NCBI GenBank assembly: GCA_947573445.1
Contig: CANPFR010000001.1
Coordinates: forward strand, 195,811 to 259,810
Direction: 5' to 3'
DNA length: 64,000 nt
Source of the DNA: an uncultured Clostridia bacterium
GTDB lineage: Bacteria; Bacillota; Clostridia; TANB77; CAG-508
Shown here: positions 10,305-21,687 of the stretch, in pieces
How positions within the stretch are numbered: position 1 is the stretch's first letter
How the letters are laid out: each line of letters starts with the position of its first letter
Notes under the pieces: model-generated
Database searches by the model: none
What the model saw: only the letters and a program-made list of their open reading frames with translations
What the model was told of the DNA's origin: nothing
Translations under genes and position numbers: made by a program

Positions 10305-10817
10305 ATGAGTGATACTTTTAATTTTATGGAAAACCCGAAGGCTGTAGCTGTGTTAATAATAGTATTGATTGTTCTAGTCATGATTGAGACGATAGCGATG
10401 ATTGTAATGCAGAGAAGATATATAACTTTTATGAAAAAAATGGGAAATGGCAACAATCTAGATGAAATGCTCAAGAAGTATTTGGATGAAGTACATGGTG
10501 TCAAGAAAGATAATGAGGAAATCAAAAATTATTATACGAAATTAGATTCAGACATGTCTTCTTGTATCCAAAAGATTGGATTGGTGAGATATAACGCTTT
10601 TAAGGATGTAGGAAGCGATCTGAGTTTTGCAATTGCATTGTTAGATGCTAATGATAATGGGGTTGTATTAAATGGAATTTATGGTTCAGAGTATTCTAAT
10701 ATTTATGCAAAACCAATTAAAAAGAAGGAATCAAGTTATCAGTTGTCACAAGAAGAGGAATATGCAATTGAAATTGCGGAGCAGACAAAGAGTTTTATGG
10801 CAAAGAAGAGAAAATAA
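10305..10817 (+). CDS. DUF4446-family protein (conserved membrane-anchored gene downstream of parB in Clostridia)
   Basis: N-terminal TM helix and the conserved position after spo0J. The family assignment is from memory of this gene neighbourhood. The ORF is also open from GTG 10296. Confidence 0.55.
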   Translation: MSDTFNFMENPKAVAVLIIVLIVLVMIETIAMIVMQRRYITFMKKMGNGNNLDEMLKKYLDEVHGVKKDNEEIKNYYTKLDSDMSSCIQKIGLVRYNAFKDVGSDLSFAIALLDANDNGVVLNGIYGSEYSNIYAKPIKKKESSYQLSQEEEYAIEIAEQTKSFMAKKRK

Positions 10818-10885
10818 GGTAATATAGTTGAAGTTTTAAAAACAAGATTTAAGAGGTTTAAATTTAATTTTTGAGATAAATCATT

Positions 10886-10929
10886 AAAAATCCAAAAAAG
10901 TGGCGAAAAAGCATTTTTTTGGATTTTTT
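10886..10929. terminator. Long AT-rich inverted repeat (AAAAATCCAAAAAA...TTTTTTTGGATTTTT), likely a bidirectional terminator
   Basis: 14-15 bp complementary arms around a 14-nt loop. Confidence 0.5.
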
Positions 10930-11403
10930 AGACATACAAAAATGGATACCAACATAAAATATAGAATTTTGAAAAAGCATTTAAAAGCAATTTAAGACGC
11001 TTTTATTTTTTTATTAGACAAAAATGACAAAAAAATGGAATAAAATAGCTAAAAAGTATTTTTATGCATTTTTTAAAACCATAAAAACACACGGTATGAC
11101 AAAATAGTGATTTTTTTACAAAATAATGAAAAGGATAAAAAGGGCATTTTATTTTTAAGGTAATATAAAAGGTCGAAAAAGTTTTTTAAATCGATTCTAG
11201 GCCATTCTGAGAAGAATAAGTTAAAAGCGTTCTAGATGCTAGGATTGATAGCCAAAATGATAAAATGTTTCAAGAGGTGCTTAGGTGATAAAAAAAGTTG
11301 TTTTTTTTAATGAATATATTATGTGATAAGAGAGAAAATAAGAAGAAATTAGGTATGATGAAATGTTTTGTGATAGAAAAAATAAAAAATCCATAATAAA
11401 AAG

Positions 11404-11433
11404 TAAAAAATATATTGACAAAACACTATCAAA
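11404..11433 (+). promoter_or_regulatory. Promoter for the tRNA-Ser pair (TTGACA-18-TAATAT)
   Basis: TTGACA at 11404-11409 and TAATAT at 11428-11433, about 40 nt before the tRNA 5' end. Confidence 0.45.
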
Positions 11434-11474
11434 TATGCTAATATATAAATAGTTGTTTTGAAAAACAACACCAT

Positions 11475-11566
<92 letters not shown>

Positions 11567-11579
11567 TTTTTAAATAAGT

Positions 11580-11670
11580 GGAGCAGTACCCAAGTGGTTG
11601 AAGGGGGCAGTTTGCTAAACTGCTAGGGTTCGTAAGGGCCGCGGAGGTTCAAATCCTCTCTGTTCCGCCA
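11580..11670 (+). tRNA. tRNA-Ser (anticodon GCT), with a long variable arm and encoded CCA
   Basis: Acceptor GGAGCAG/CTGTTCC (one G-U pair), anticodon loop TTGCTAA, and GGTTCAAATCC T-loop. Confidence 0.85.
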
Positions 11671-11675
11671 GTGTG

Positions 11676-11706
11676 AAATATAGAATTTAATTCTATATTT
11701 TTTTTG
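11676..11706 (+). terminator. Intrinsic terminator after the tRNA-Ser pair
   Basis: ATAGAAT-TTA-ATTCTAT followed by ATTTTTTTTT. Confidence 0.65.
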
Positions 11707-14700
11707 GCTTAAATAAAATATAGTGAGAGATATTGAATAAAGTATTAGATAAATTATTAAAATATATTTTTGGTAATTTATTACTAATAATAAAATAATT
11801 AAATTAAATAAAACGAAATTACTTTTACTTAGTTTTAAATTTAATTAAATATTATATAATTAATAATATAATAAAAATATAATAAAAACATTTAATATAA
11901 TAACATTATTATATTAAATGTTTTATTAATAATTATTAAAGAAAAATATTTATCTGAGAATTGATTTTTGATATTATTTAATAAATATTAATTCAAATAA
12001 AATCAATTAAAATATAAAAGACTATTTTTATTTTAATTAATATAATTTTATATGTTTTAATTTATTTTAGTTATTGAATTATAAAGAGATATACAATTTA
12101 ATAATTAATATTTATTATAAAACAAAAGGTAAATCATACTTTAAGTGGTGAGGAATTTGATTTAGTAATAAATACAAATTAATATAATGAGAAAATAGAG
12201 AAAAACAAATAAGATAACATAAGAGAGAGAAAAAACAGGTTGAAAAAAAGAATTGCATGATAGATAACAGGGAGTGTGTAAAGGGGGAAAAGGAGTGAAG
12301 GAATCAAGTAAAATAAAGAGCGGAGTTTTGATAATTAATAAATAAAATTGGAAAAAAGTGTAATTTACATAACAAAAACACTTTGCAATTACTGAAGGAA
12401 TTACTTGCCTCAAAAATCTTATAAAAATGAAGGGAAATAAAGAAAAACATTGTTTTTATATAGAGAATAAAAAGTTATACATAACACAAAATAAAAATAT
12501 GACAAAAAGACAAAAATAGTAAAGTAATTCAATTTGTTTAACTCTAGAAAGGAAAAATTAAGTCAGAATGTATATTGGATAAAACTGTAAGTATTTTCAA
12601 AAAATTTGATACAAAAGGAATGTGTGGATGAATGAATAGATAACAAAGTAAATTGGATTGGCTTGTTTTCGTATAATGCATAATTGAAAAGCATAATTAT
12701 TAAAAGAAAGAAAAAACAAATTAATTTGAAACTATAAATTAAAGAAATACAAAAATTAGGATATTTAATAAATATAAAAAATATAGTTTACAACATATAA
12801 ATAAAAAAATAATTTAAATTGAAAACAATAAAGTATATTATAAAACAAAACAGATTTAAAGATAATTTTAAAAGAACAAAAAACAGTAAAAACAATGAAG
12901 AAATAAAACAAAAAAATAGAATTGATTAAAAATAAAAATAAATTAAATATAATTTAAGAAACAAACAAAAATAAAACTAAAATAAAAAGCAAAAAAGAAT
13001 TCAAGAAATATTAATTATAAAAATAAAACAACAAACAAATAATTAAATAATAGAAATAAAATTTAATAATAAATTTTAAAAATAAATATATTTAAAAATA
13101 AATTAAAATTGAAATTAAAGAAAAGACAAATAAAAAATATTTATAAATATTAAACAATAAATAAATGATTAATAAAAATTTATTGCAAAACAAAAAACAA
13201 ATTAAAGTAAAATTTAACAAAGCATAAAATTAACTCGAATAACATAAAAATGAATACATAAAAGAGAAATTAAAATTGGATGAACAATTAAAGAATTAAA
13301 AAATTAATATATAATTTTAGTAAATAGAATAAAACAATTTTAAATACTACTATAATAGGATGAATAGGATAAACTAATTCACGAAAATTAAGTTTAGTGA
13401 AGGGTAGTGAAATGTTAAAAGTTTAGATGTAGTATAAAGAAAGAAAGAATACTATATCTTATATAAAAGGAAAAACAATAAGTGTACATAATATAGAAAC
13501 CATGTAATTATTATTAATAAATTAAAAGTATAATAATTGAAAAGCACATAGAGGAAATAGAGAAAATAATTGTTTTTTTTAGCAGTAAAAGTATGAAACA
13601 TAATATAAAACATTTTATTGACATTTTGTCAATAAAATGTTTTGCTTGAGAAACAAATGAAAGATGTAATTTATCGGGAGAATAACAAGTGAGTAAGGTA
13701 AAAATGGAAAAATGTGAAATGAAGTTTACAAATAATACCTATTTTTGTATGGAAAATAAGAATGATAAAACTAATTTTGATAAGATAAAGTATGATTCTT
13801 GAAACAGTTAAGAATATTAATGTTTATAGTATAAATTAATTTATAAAAAAATATTTTAAATTATAAGATAATATTTTTTTTAAACAATAATAAGGTTTTT
13901 GAATTTAGAAATATAGTTATATTATTTTTGTTTTATTAAAGTATAATAAAAGATTTGATATGGAAATCGGGCATGGATTTAAAAAAAGAAAATTAATTTG
14001 CTAAAATAATTAATTTCGATGGAATGATATAGAAAAATATAATAAAATGAAAAATAATTAATTAAGCAATAATGATATGAAAATAAATTCATAAAGAAAA
14101 GATTTGATTTTATATTTTATATAACATAATTTTTGTTTACAATTTTGATAATAATCTTATAAATTAATTGTGATTAAATTGATTATAGATATTATTAAAT
14201 TATAATATATTTTAAAAAATAAAAATGTATTTAAAATAATACAAATAAAAATGGTATTTATAATATTTATTTGCTTTTCTATAAATTTAAAGATAAAAAG
14301 TAAAATATTAAATGGAGATGGAAAAAGATATTTTGAATAAATATAAAAACAAGACATATATTAATATGAAAAATATTAATATATAATAAAATTATAATTC
14401 ATTTATAAAGCAAATAACATATTTACTAAAATTTTGGACAAAATAACAATATGGATAGAGTAAACAATAATTTTGTATCTAAAGATTATAGCTAAATAGT
14501 ATAAGTAATAGTAGAGGTTTGACTTTTCTAAACAGACAGAAAATAATAAAGAGATATAGAAGAAAATATTTAACAAAAGACGAGATTAGTAAGAAAAATT
14601 AGAGGATACATAACAACAAAACAAATCGGTTATTAATCAATTAAAGCATAACTCATAATCACATAGATTATATGGGGAATAATAGGTTAGTTGTTTTTTG

Positions 14701-16052
14701 TTGTATGGAAAGAATAATATACATAAAAACAAAAAGAATATTGACTAAAAGACAAAAAAGTTAAAACCTAATCAATCTTATGGATACTGCTCTTTGATAG
14801 TAAGAAGGGGATAATAAGAAGAAAATCTATGAATCAGTTAAGAAAGTATAGTCTCAATAGAGTGGTGTGGATATAAAAAAACTTAGAGTTAGTTAATTAT
14901 AAACTTATGAATTAAAATTGATAAGATAATAAAAAACAAATATTTATAAAGTGTTTAAGTCATAGTTGAAAAATTAAAAATTCTATTGAAATTATATATA
15001 TTTATAAAATACAAACAAGAATAAATTAATAAAAAATAAAATACTAAAATAAAAAAATATAATTATTTTAGCACAGAAAAATAAAAAAGTTTTAAATAAT
15101 ATAAACAAACAAAAAAGAAATTCAAAAACAAAACAAAAACTAAATAAGTGTTGGACAAAAGAAATGATAATAATATAAAACATTTTTTGAAACTAAAACA
15201 AAAATAAAAGTAAAAACAAAAAACGAAACAACAATTATTAAAAAAACGAAAAACGAAAAACAAAAAATATAAAATAAAATTGTAAAATAGTAACGAAATG
15301 AAAATAATATCTTAAAAACAGATAACACAAAAAACAAAACAACATTTAATAGCATAAAATAAAAAGTAATTAAAAATAAAAATTCACAACAAAATAATTC
15401 ATAAAATTAAAAACAAAAAACAACAATAAAAACAAATAATAAGCCGAAGTCAGATAGATTAACTTAATAAAAAAGTTAAAATATGAAACAAAAAATGAAT
15501 TGTTAATAAATAAAATATAACAAAAATGGAAATGTAACAATAGAATTGTACTAAAAATATTAATTTATATGAATAAATAATAATAAACTTCAAGAATTAT
15601 AATGGAATATAAAATATAAGTAAGGAATTTTTACTTGTATATGATTATATTTGGAGCTAAGATATTAGTAATAATATAGGAAAGTAAACTCTGATTTTAC
15701 AATTAAAATTTTTAAAATCATTCCTTATCTAGAAAGGATTTGATTCAAAAATATAAAAGAGACATAAAAAGTTATATAAGAAATTATGAATGTTTGTTGT
15801 TATGAAAAATATAGGATAATAAATATGGGAAATAACAATAAAAACGTTTTTTATTCATTTATGTTATAGGTATACATAACATAAACAAAGAGGCTGTCTA
15901 AAAGACAAAAAAGAAAGTCATTTATGATTTGATGGATTATCTAAAAGGGAAAGTATCGTCTAATATTTCTATGACAACAAATAGAATTTATATGGAGGAA
16001 ATTGAATGATATGCTATTGATAAAATCAAAATTAAGGAACAAAACTAAGACA
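11707..16052. other. ~4.3 kb stretch with no ORF in any frame, extremely AT-rich and A/purine-skewed on the + strand
   Basis: The six-frame track shows only short minus-strand ORFs rich in F, L and I, which are artefacts of the T-rich complement. Long runs are almost free of G and C. Sub-blocks alternate between A/C-rich text (such as aaaacaaaa), AT-balanced text and A/G-rich text. The stretch is flanked by terminators at 11676-11706 and 16053-16091. Confidence 0.8.
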
Positions 16053-16091
16053 AAAAACTGACTACTAAAACGTGAAGTAGTCAGTTTTTTT
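16053..16091. terminator. Bidirectional intrinsic terminator (A-run, ACTGACTACT...AGTAGTCAGT, T-run)
   Basis: 10-bp perfect stem flanked by A6 upstream and T7 downstream. It is functional in both orientations. It ends the 16101-20429 gene on the minus strand and would end any + strand transcript of the AT-rich region. Confidence 0.7.
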
Positions 16092-16100
16092 AAAATTAAA

Positions 16101-19100
16101 TTAATTAATTTTTTCTTCAATTTTATTATTAGAAATATTTTCTTCCTCAAATTTAATTTTATTATTATTAATTTTATTTTTATTTTTTAAATTATCTTTT
16201 GCAACAGTCAATAATAATTTAATTCGATTTGTTTGATTTGTTTTACTTGCTCCAGGATCGTAATCTATTGCGGCGATATTTGCATATGGATATTTTTCAC
16301 GAATTGTTTTTATAACACCTTTTCCAACAACATGATTTGGTAAACAAGCAAATGGTTGTACACAAACAATATTTGGAATTTCATGTTCAATATATTCTAC
16401 CATTTCAGCTGTTAAAAACCAACCTTCTCCAGTTTGATTTCCAATGGATAAGATATTTTTTACTTTATTTTCTAGTTCCCAAATATCACAAGGTAATAAA
16501 TAATCTTTTTTTGATTTTTTTAATGCTTTTACATTATCTTTTTCAAAAAGAGAAATCAATTTTAATACAATTTTAAATATTGTAGATTTTGTTTTATCAG
16601 TATTTAATAAAGTATTGTTTGTAATTTTATGAGTACAAATAAATTTTAAAAATCCCATAAAATCTGGAGAAATGACTTCTGCACCTTCTTGTTCTAAAAC
16701 ATCAACAATATAATTATTTCCAAAAGGATGGTATTTAATCAAAACTTCACCCACAATGCCAACTTTTGGTTTAGTGATACTTAAATCAAGTTGGATATTT
16801 TCAAAATCTTCAACAATTTCATAAATGCTTTTTTTGAATTCTGACATATTGGTAGTTGAAACCAATGTCTTACATTTTTCTAACCAATACTCAAATTTTT
16901 CTTGTGTTTCGCCTTGATGTATTTCATAAGCTCTATTTTTATAAAGCAATTTTTGAAGTAAATCACCATATAATACGCCTTTTAACATTTTTTCAATCAT
17001 TTTTATATTGATTTTAAAGCCATTTGTTTTTTCCATTCCCACAATATTAAACGACACAACAGGAATATTAGGATAACCAGCATCTTTTAATGCTTTTCGA
17101 ATAAAACCAATATAATTGGTTGCCCTACAACCACCACCAGTTTGGGACATAATTAAAGCAGTCTTATTAATATCGTATTTTCCACTTTCTAAAGCCTCAA
17201 TCATTTGTCCAACTGTCAGAATAGATGGATAACAAGCATCATTATTAACGTATTTTAAGCCTGTTTCTACGGTGTGTTCAGTACAATCTTTTAGTAATTT
17301 GATATTGTATCCAAGCGATTGTACTGCCGATTCTAATAATTCAAAATGAATTGGAGCCATTTGTGGGCATAAAATAGTATAGCCTTTTTCTTTCATATTT
17401 TTGGTAAAAAATACTTTATCAATTTCATAATTTCCTAGTTTTTCAGGTGATTTGTGAGTGTTGATTCGTTTATTCATACTAGCTAAAAGTGAACGAACAC
17501 GAATTCGAATCGCTCCCAAATTGTTAATTTCATCAATTTTTATCAAAGTATACAAATTGTCATAACTTTTTAAGATTTCTTCAACTTGATCAGTTGTAAC
17601 GGCATCAACTCCACAACCAAATGAATTTAGCTGAATCATTTCTAAATAATCATGTTTTCCAACAAAATCAGCTGCTGCATACAATCTAGAATGATAAACC
17701 CACTGGTTTACAACACGAATTGGTTTCTTAATTTCACCTTGATTTTCAATACTATCCTCAGACAACACACATAATCCAAGTGATGTAATCAAAGTATCGA
17801 TACCATGGTTAATTTCTGGGTCAACGTGATAAGGGCGTCCAGCTAAAACGATACCACGCAAGTCATTTTTTTCCATATATTGCAAAACTTCTTTTCCTTT
17901 ATCACGTATATCTTTTTTGTATTTTTGATATTCAGTCTCAGCCTTTTCAGCAGCACTTTTCAATTCTGCTTTGTTGAAATTGTAATCTTTAAATTCTGGT
18001 AAAGATGAAATAATTTTTACTAAATTTTTTGTATTATCAATTGGCAAAAAAGAATTTATGTATTTAATATTCTTCAATTCTTCCACATTATTTTTGATGA
18101 CTTCCGAATATGAAATGACAATAGGGCAATTATAATGATTATCAGCTACTTCGTGCTCTTTTCTCGAATATGGAATACAGGGATAAAATATCGTTTTTAT
18201 GCCTTGGTTCAGCAAACTCATAATATGCCCGTGTGCTAATTTAGCTGGATAACAGACTGATTCTGAAGGCATTGATTCAATCCCTTTTTCATAAGTTTTA
18301 CGGTTGCTTTTTTCCGAAATAATCACACGGAAACCGAGATTTGTAAAAAACGTAAACCAAAATGGATAATCTTCATACATATTCAAAACTCTAGGAATGC
18401 CAATAGTTCCACGGTGGGCTTCTGATTCTTCCAAAGGCTGATAACTAAACAAACGTTCAAATTTGTATTGATAAAGATTTGGTAAATCATGATTTTGAGA
18501 AACTTCACCACTTCCTTTTTCACAACGGTTTCCAGAAATGAATTTTTTTCCATTATCAAATTGGTTAATAGTAAGTAAACAGTGATTTTCACAACCATTA
18601 CAACGAGTATGTGTAATTTGAATGTTCAATTTATCAAGCTCTTCTGCCTTTAAAATAGTGGAATGATATTCCATATCCATATTTGCGATAAATTGCTGTT
18701 TTGCCAATAATGCAACACCGTAAGCACCCATTAAACCAGAAATATTTGGTCTTACAACATCACGTTCTACAATGGATTCGAAACTACGAAGTACAGCATC
18801 ATTATAAAAAGTTCCACCTTGTACTACGATGTGTTCTCCTAAAGTATTGATATCTCTAACTTTCATAACTTTTTGAATTGCATTTTTAATAATTGAATAA
18901 GAAAGTCCAGCAGAAATATCACCAACTGAAGCACCTTCTTTTTGGGCTTGTTTAATTTTGGAATTCATGAAAACGGTACAACGTGACCCTAAATCCACAG
19001 GTGTTTTTGCGTTTAAGGCTTCTTGTACAAATTCCTGAATTGAAATTCCTAAACTTTTGGCAAAAGTTTCCAAAAATGAGCCACATCCAGAAGAACAAGC

Positions 19101-20429
19101 TTCGTTTAACATAATATTATCAATTGTATTATCTTTAATTTTAATATATTTCATATCCTGGCCACCAATATCGATGATGCTGGAAACATTAGGTTCAAAG
19201 GATTTTGCAGCAGTATAATGTGCAATTGTTTCAATTTCGTTCAAATCAATATTCAATCCAGTTTGGATTAATTTTTCACCATAGCCTGTAACGCCACTAA
19301 AACGTAGCTTTGCACCAGCAGGTAAAACCAAATATAATTGCTGTAACATCTGAATAACGGATGTAAGTGGGTTGCCATTATTATTTCGGTATAGGGAATA
19401 CAAAATTTCGTTTTTCTCATTAATTAAAACTAATTTTGTAGTTGTAGAACCTGCATCAATTCCTAAATAGCAGTTTCCAATATAACCTTCTAAAGGTGCT
19501 TCGTTAACAGTATGTTTGGCATGTCTTTCTTTAAAATCCTCATAATCATGTTTGGTTTCAAATAATGCAGGTAATGGTTTGCTTTCTGTATAATTTGATT
19601 TTTCAAATTTTTTGAGATTATTTTTCAACGTTTTTGTAGAGATGACTTCTGTTTCAACAGAAGAAAAAGCGGCACCTGTTGCAACCAATAAATGAGCATT
19701 TTCTGGAACGATGATTTCATCATCAGAAAGTTCAAGTGTTTCGATAAAACGTTTACGTAGTTCAGATAAATAGTTTAGAGGACCACCTAAAAAAGCGACT
19801 TTCCCTCGAATTGGCCTTCCGCAAGCCAATCCAGAAATTGTTTGATTAACAACCGCTTGAAAAATAGAAACCGCAATGTCTTGTTTTGCTGCACCTTCAT
19901 TGATTAGGGGTTGAATATCTGTTTTGGCAAAAACGCCACAACGTGAGGCAATTGGGTAAATTGTCTTGTAATCTTTGGCAAGTTCATTTAAACCAGTAGT
20001 ATCTGTGTTTAGCAAAGAAGCCATTTGGTCTAAGAAAGCACCAGTCCCACCAGCACAGGTACCATTCATACGTTGTTCGATAAATTTATCAAAATAAATG
20101 ATTTTTGCATCTTCTCCACCAAGTTCAATTACTACATCGGTTTGAGGAATCAAATTTTCCACTGCTTTTTTACAAGCAATCACTTCTTGAATAAAAGAAA
20201 TATTTAATAATCGTGAGATTTCTAATGCACCGGATCCAGTAAGGGACATTGTAAATTCTGCATTTGGATAATCTTTCACAAATTTCAATAAAACATCAGA
20301 CAGTGTTTTTTTTGTATCTGAGAAATGCCTAGTATAACTAGCATAAATTGGCTTTAATTGCTCATTTAAAATCATAATTTTTATGGTAGTAGAGCCAATA
20401 TCAAGTCCAACGTGTAATTTATTTTTCAT
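16101..20429 (-). CDS. Large fusion protein of the CoA-substrate-specific enzyme activase / 2-hydroxyacyl-CoA dehydratase family, with two BadF/BadG/BcrA/HgdC-type ASKHA ATPase domains plus a dehydratase-like domain
   Basis: 1442 aa with two acetate/sugar-kinase-fold phosphate-1 motifs (GLDIGSTTIK at the N-terminus, LGIDAGSTTTK mid-protein), Cys clusters, and a GGTFYNDAVLRSFE-type activase motif. Similar ~1400-aa activase fusions are typical of Clostridia, from memory. Confidence 0.6.
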   Translation of the reverse strand: MKNKLHVGLDIGSTTIKIMILNEQLKPIYASYTRHFSDTKKTLSDVLLKFVKDYPNAEFTMSLTGSGALEISRLLNISFIQEVIACKKAVENLIPQTDVVIELGGEDAKIIYFDKFIEQRMNGTCAGGTGAFLDQMASLLNTDTTGLNELAKDYKTIYPIASRCGVFAKTDIQPLINEGAAKQDIAVSIFQAVVNQTISGLACGRPIRGKVAFLGGPLNYLSELRKRFIETLELSDDEIIVPENAHLLVATGAAFSSVETEVISTKTLKNNLKKFEKSNYTESKPLPALFETKHDYEDFKERHAKHTVNEAPLEGYIGNCYLGIDAGSTTTKLVLINEKNEILYSLYRNNNGNPLTSVIQMLQQLYLVLPAGAKLRFSGVTGYGEKLIQTGLNIDLNEIETIAHYTAAKSFEPNVSSIIDIGGQDMKYIKIKDNTIDNIMLNEACSSGCGSFLETFAKSLGISIQEFVQEALNAKTPVDLGSRCTVFMNSKIKQAQKEGASVGDISAGLSYSIIKNAIQKVMKVRDINTLGEHIVVQGGTFYNDAVLRSFESIVERDVVRPNISGLMGAYGVALLAKQQFIANMDMEYHSTILKAEELDKLNIQITHTRCNGCENHCLLTINQFDNGKKFISGNRCEKGSGEVSQNHDLPNLYQYKFERLFSYQPLEESEAHRGTIGIPRVLNMYEDYPFWFTFFTNLGFRVIISEKSNRKTYEKGIESMPSESVCYPAKLAHGHIMSLLNQGIKTIFYPCIPYSRKEHEVADNHYNCPIVISYSEVIKNNVEELKNIKYINSFLPIDNTKNLVKIISSLPEFKDYNFNKAELKSAAEKAETEYQKYKKDIRDKGKEVLQYMEKNDLRGIVLAGRPYHVDPEINHGIDTLITSLGLCVLSEDSIENQGEIKKPIRVVNQWVYHSRLYAAADFVGKHDYLEMIQLNSFGCGVDAVTTDQVEEILKSYDNLYTLIKIDEINNLGAIRIRVRSLLASMNKRINTHKSPEKLGNYEIDKVFFTKNMKEKGYTILCPQMAPIHFELLESAVQSLGYNIKLLKDCTEHTVETGLKYVNNDACYPSILTVGQMIEALESGKYDINKTALIMSQTGGGCRATNYIGFIRKALKDAGYPNIPVVSFNIVGMEKTNGFKINIKMIEKMLKGVLYGDLLQKLLYKNRAYEIHQGETQEKFEYWLEKCKTLVSTTNMSEFKKSIYEIVEDFENIQLDLSITKPKVGIVGEVLIKYHPFGNNYIVDVLEQEGAEVISPDFMGFLKFICTHKITNNTLLNTDKTKSTIFKIVLKLISLFEKDNVKALKKSKKDYLLPCDIWELENKVKNILSIGNQTGEGWFLTAEMVEYIEHEIPNIVCVQPFACLPNHVVGKGVIKTIREKYPYANIAAIDYDPGASKTNQTNRIKLLLTVAKDNLKNKNKINNNKIKFEEENISNNKIEEKIN

Positions 20430-20795
20430 ATTGTATACACCTTCTTTTCAATAGTATGCTAAAATGAACATTTTAACATAATTATATATTATAATTTTTG
20501 TCGCAATTTGTCAATTGGTAATTTTGAGAAAAGTGGAAGAAGTTGGGATAATGAAGAAATAATATTTTATGCAAACTATAATGAATGCAACTTGTTGACA
20601 ATGGAAGAAATTCTTGTGACGAAAGATCCTTAGATTAAAGTAAAAGAGGCTACTTTAATTTTGAGGTATGTCTTTTGAAATGGAAACTTAATAAAAAATC
20701 ACATGCAAATGCATTTAAACTGGCATGTGATTTTTTATTTAGCTACAATAAGAACGGCCTGAGAGAAATATTAATATAGGGAATACAGGAAAAAG

Positions 20796-21470
20796 TCAAA
20801 CTAATATATTTACATTTTCAACACATATCTCAAAATAAACCAATAATGACACCCACTTCCGAAGCATCACAAAAATATGAAAAATTTCGTGAAATCCGAA
20901 ATCTTTCCATTTGGTTTTGGGTAGCTTCAACCAATAAATAATTCCGCCAATGGTGTAAAAAATACCACACAAAATGAGCCATAAAAGGCCATGTAACAAA
21001 TTAGCTTGCTGAAAAGATTGATAAAGAGGATAAATTGCAAAAATACCCATCCAGCCCATAATTAGATAAATCGTGGTAGTTAATGCACGCGGAGCCTTGA
21101 TCCAGATAGCAGAAAAAATTGTTCCTAATAGTGCAAATATCCACAAAACGCCGAAAATACTCCAACCCCAAGGTCCACGTAAAGGACCAAGGCAAATCGG
21201 TGTATAACTAGAGGCGATTAAAATGTAAATCATAATATGGTCAAATTTTCGAAACACATTGATTCCTTTCTGACTAATGTTTAACCAGTGATATAAAGTA
21301 CTGAATAAATACAATAAAAATAGTCCAATTCCAAATATCGTAAAGGATACAACATCGTATCCATCGCCCCAAATTGCTGAAAAAACGATTAAAACAATCA
21401 TTCCAGCTAAAGCCAAAACCGCACCAATACAGTGGGTTAGGCCACTTGTAAAATCTCTAACTTTTGCCAT
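20796..21470 (-). CDS. Hemolysin-III / PAQR-family 7-TM protein with its C-terminus disrupted by a 1-nt insertion
   Basis: 7-TM composition with conserved His residues. The last ~20 codons read LRKWVSLLVYFEICVENVNILV. Removing one C at about 20861 (sense CTTcGGA) restores the family-typical ending MLGSGCHYWFILRYVLKM, with a stop at 20810. Confidence 0.6.
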   Translation of the reverse strand: MAKVRDFTSGLTHCIGAVLALAGMIVLIVFSAIWGDGYDVVSFTIFGIGLFLLYLFSTLYHWLNISQKGINVFRKFDHIMIYILIASSYTPICLGPLRGPWGWSIFGVLWIFALLGTIFSAIWIKAPRALTTTIYLIMGWMGIFAIYPLYQSFQQANLLHGLLWLILCGIFYTIGGIIYWLKLPKTKWKDFGFHEIFHIFVMLRKWVSLLVYFEICVENVNILV

Positions 21471-21687
21471 AAAACCTCCGTTTTTTTAAATTCTACCTAT
21501 ATCATATTCGATTTTTAAGTCTTTGTCAATACAAATAATATAAAAAAACACATAAAATAGTTTTTAAAACTAGATTCGACAAAATTTGCTATAAAATAGT
21601 ACCAGAAATGTTTGAAGAAATTAAAAAATGATTAGCATAAAATGTACAGACTTGAATATGATTTACGAGAAAGGGAAGGGTTGTGCT

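Noticed and set aside
12623-14874. DnaA boxes in the AT-rich block that might make it an oriC
   Set aside because: I found only two one-mismatch matches (TGTGGATGA at 12623-12631 and TGTGGATAT at 14866-14874) in 4.3 kb, which is not a box cluster.
11707-16052. ORF-track entries inside the non-coding block (12162-12413, 14157-14357, 14992-15183, 15063-15263, 15140-15355, 15941-16150)
   Set aside because: All are on the T-rich complement and translate to F/L/I/Y low-complexity strings with no RBS and no plausible start context. They are compositional artefacts of the A-rich + strand.
15994-16060. 16-codon K-rich ORF with a GGAGG RBS just before the bidirectional terminator
   Set aside because: Its length and composition are consistent with chance in A-rich sequence.
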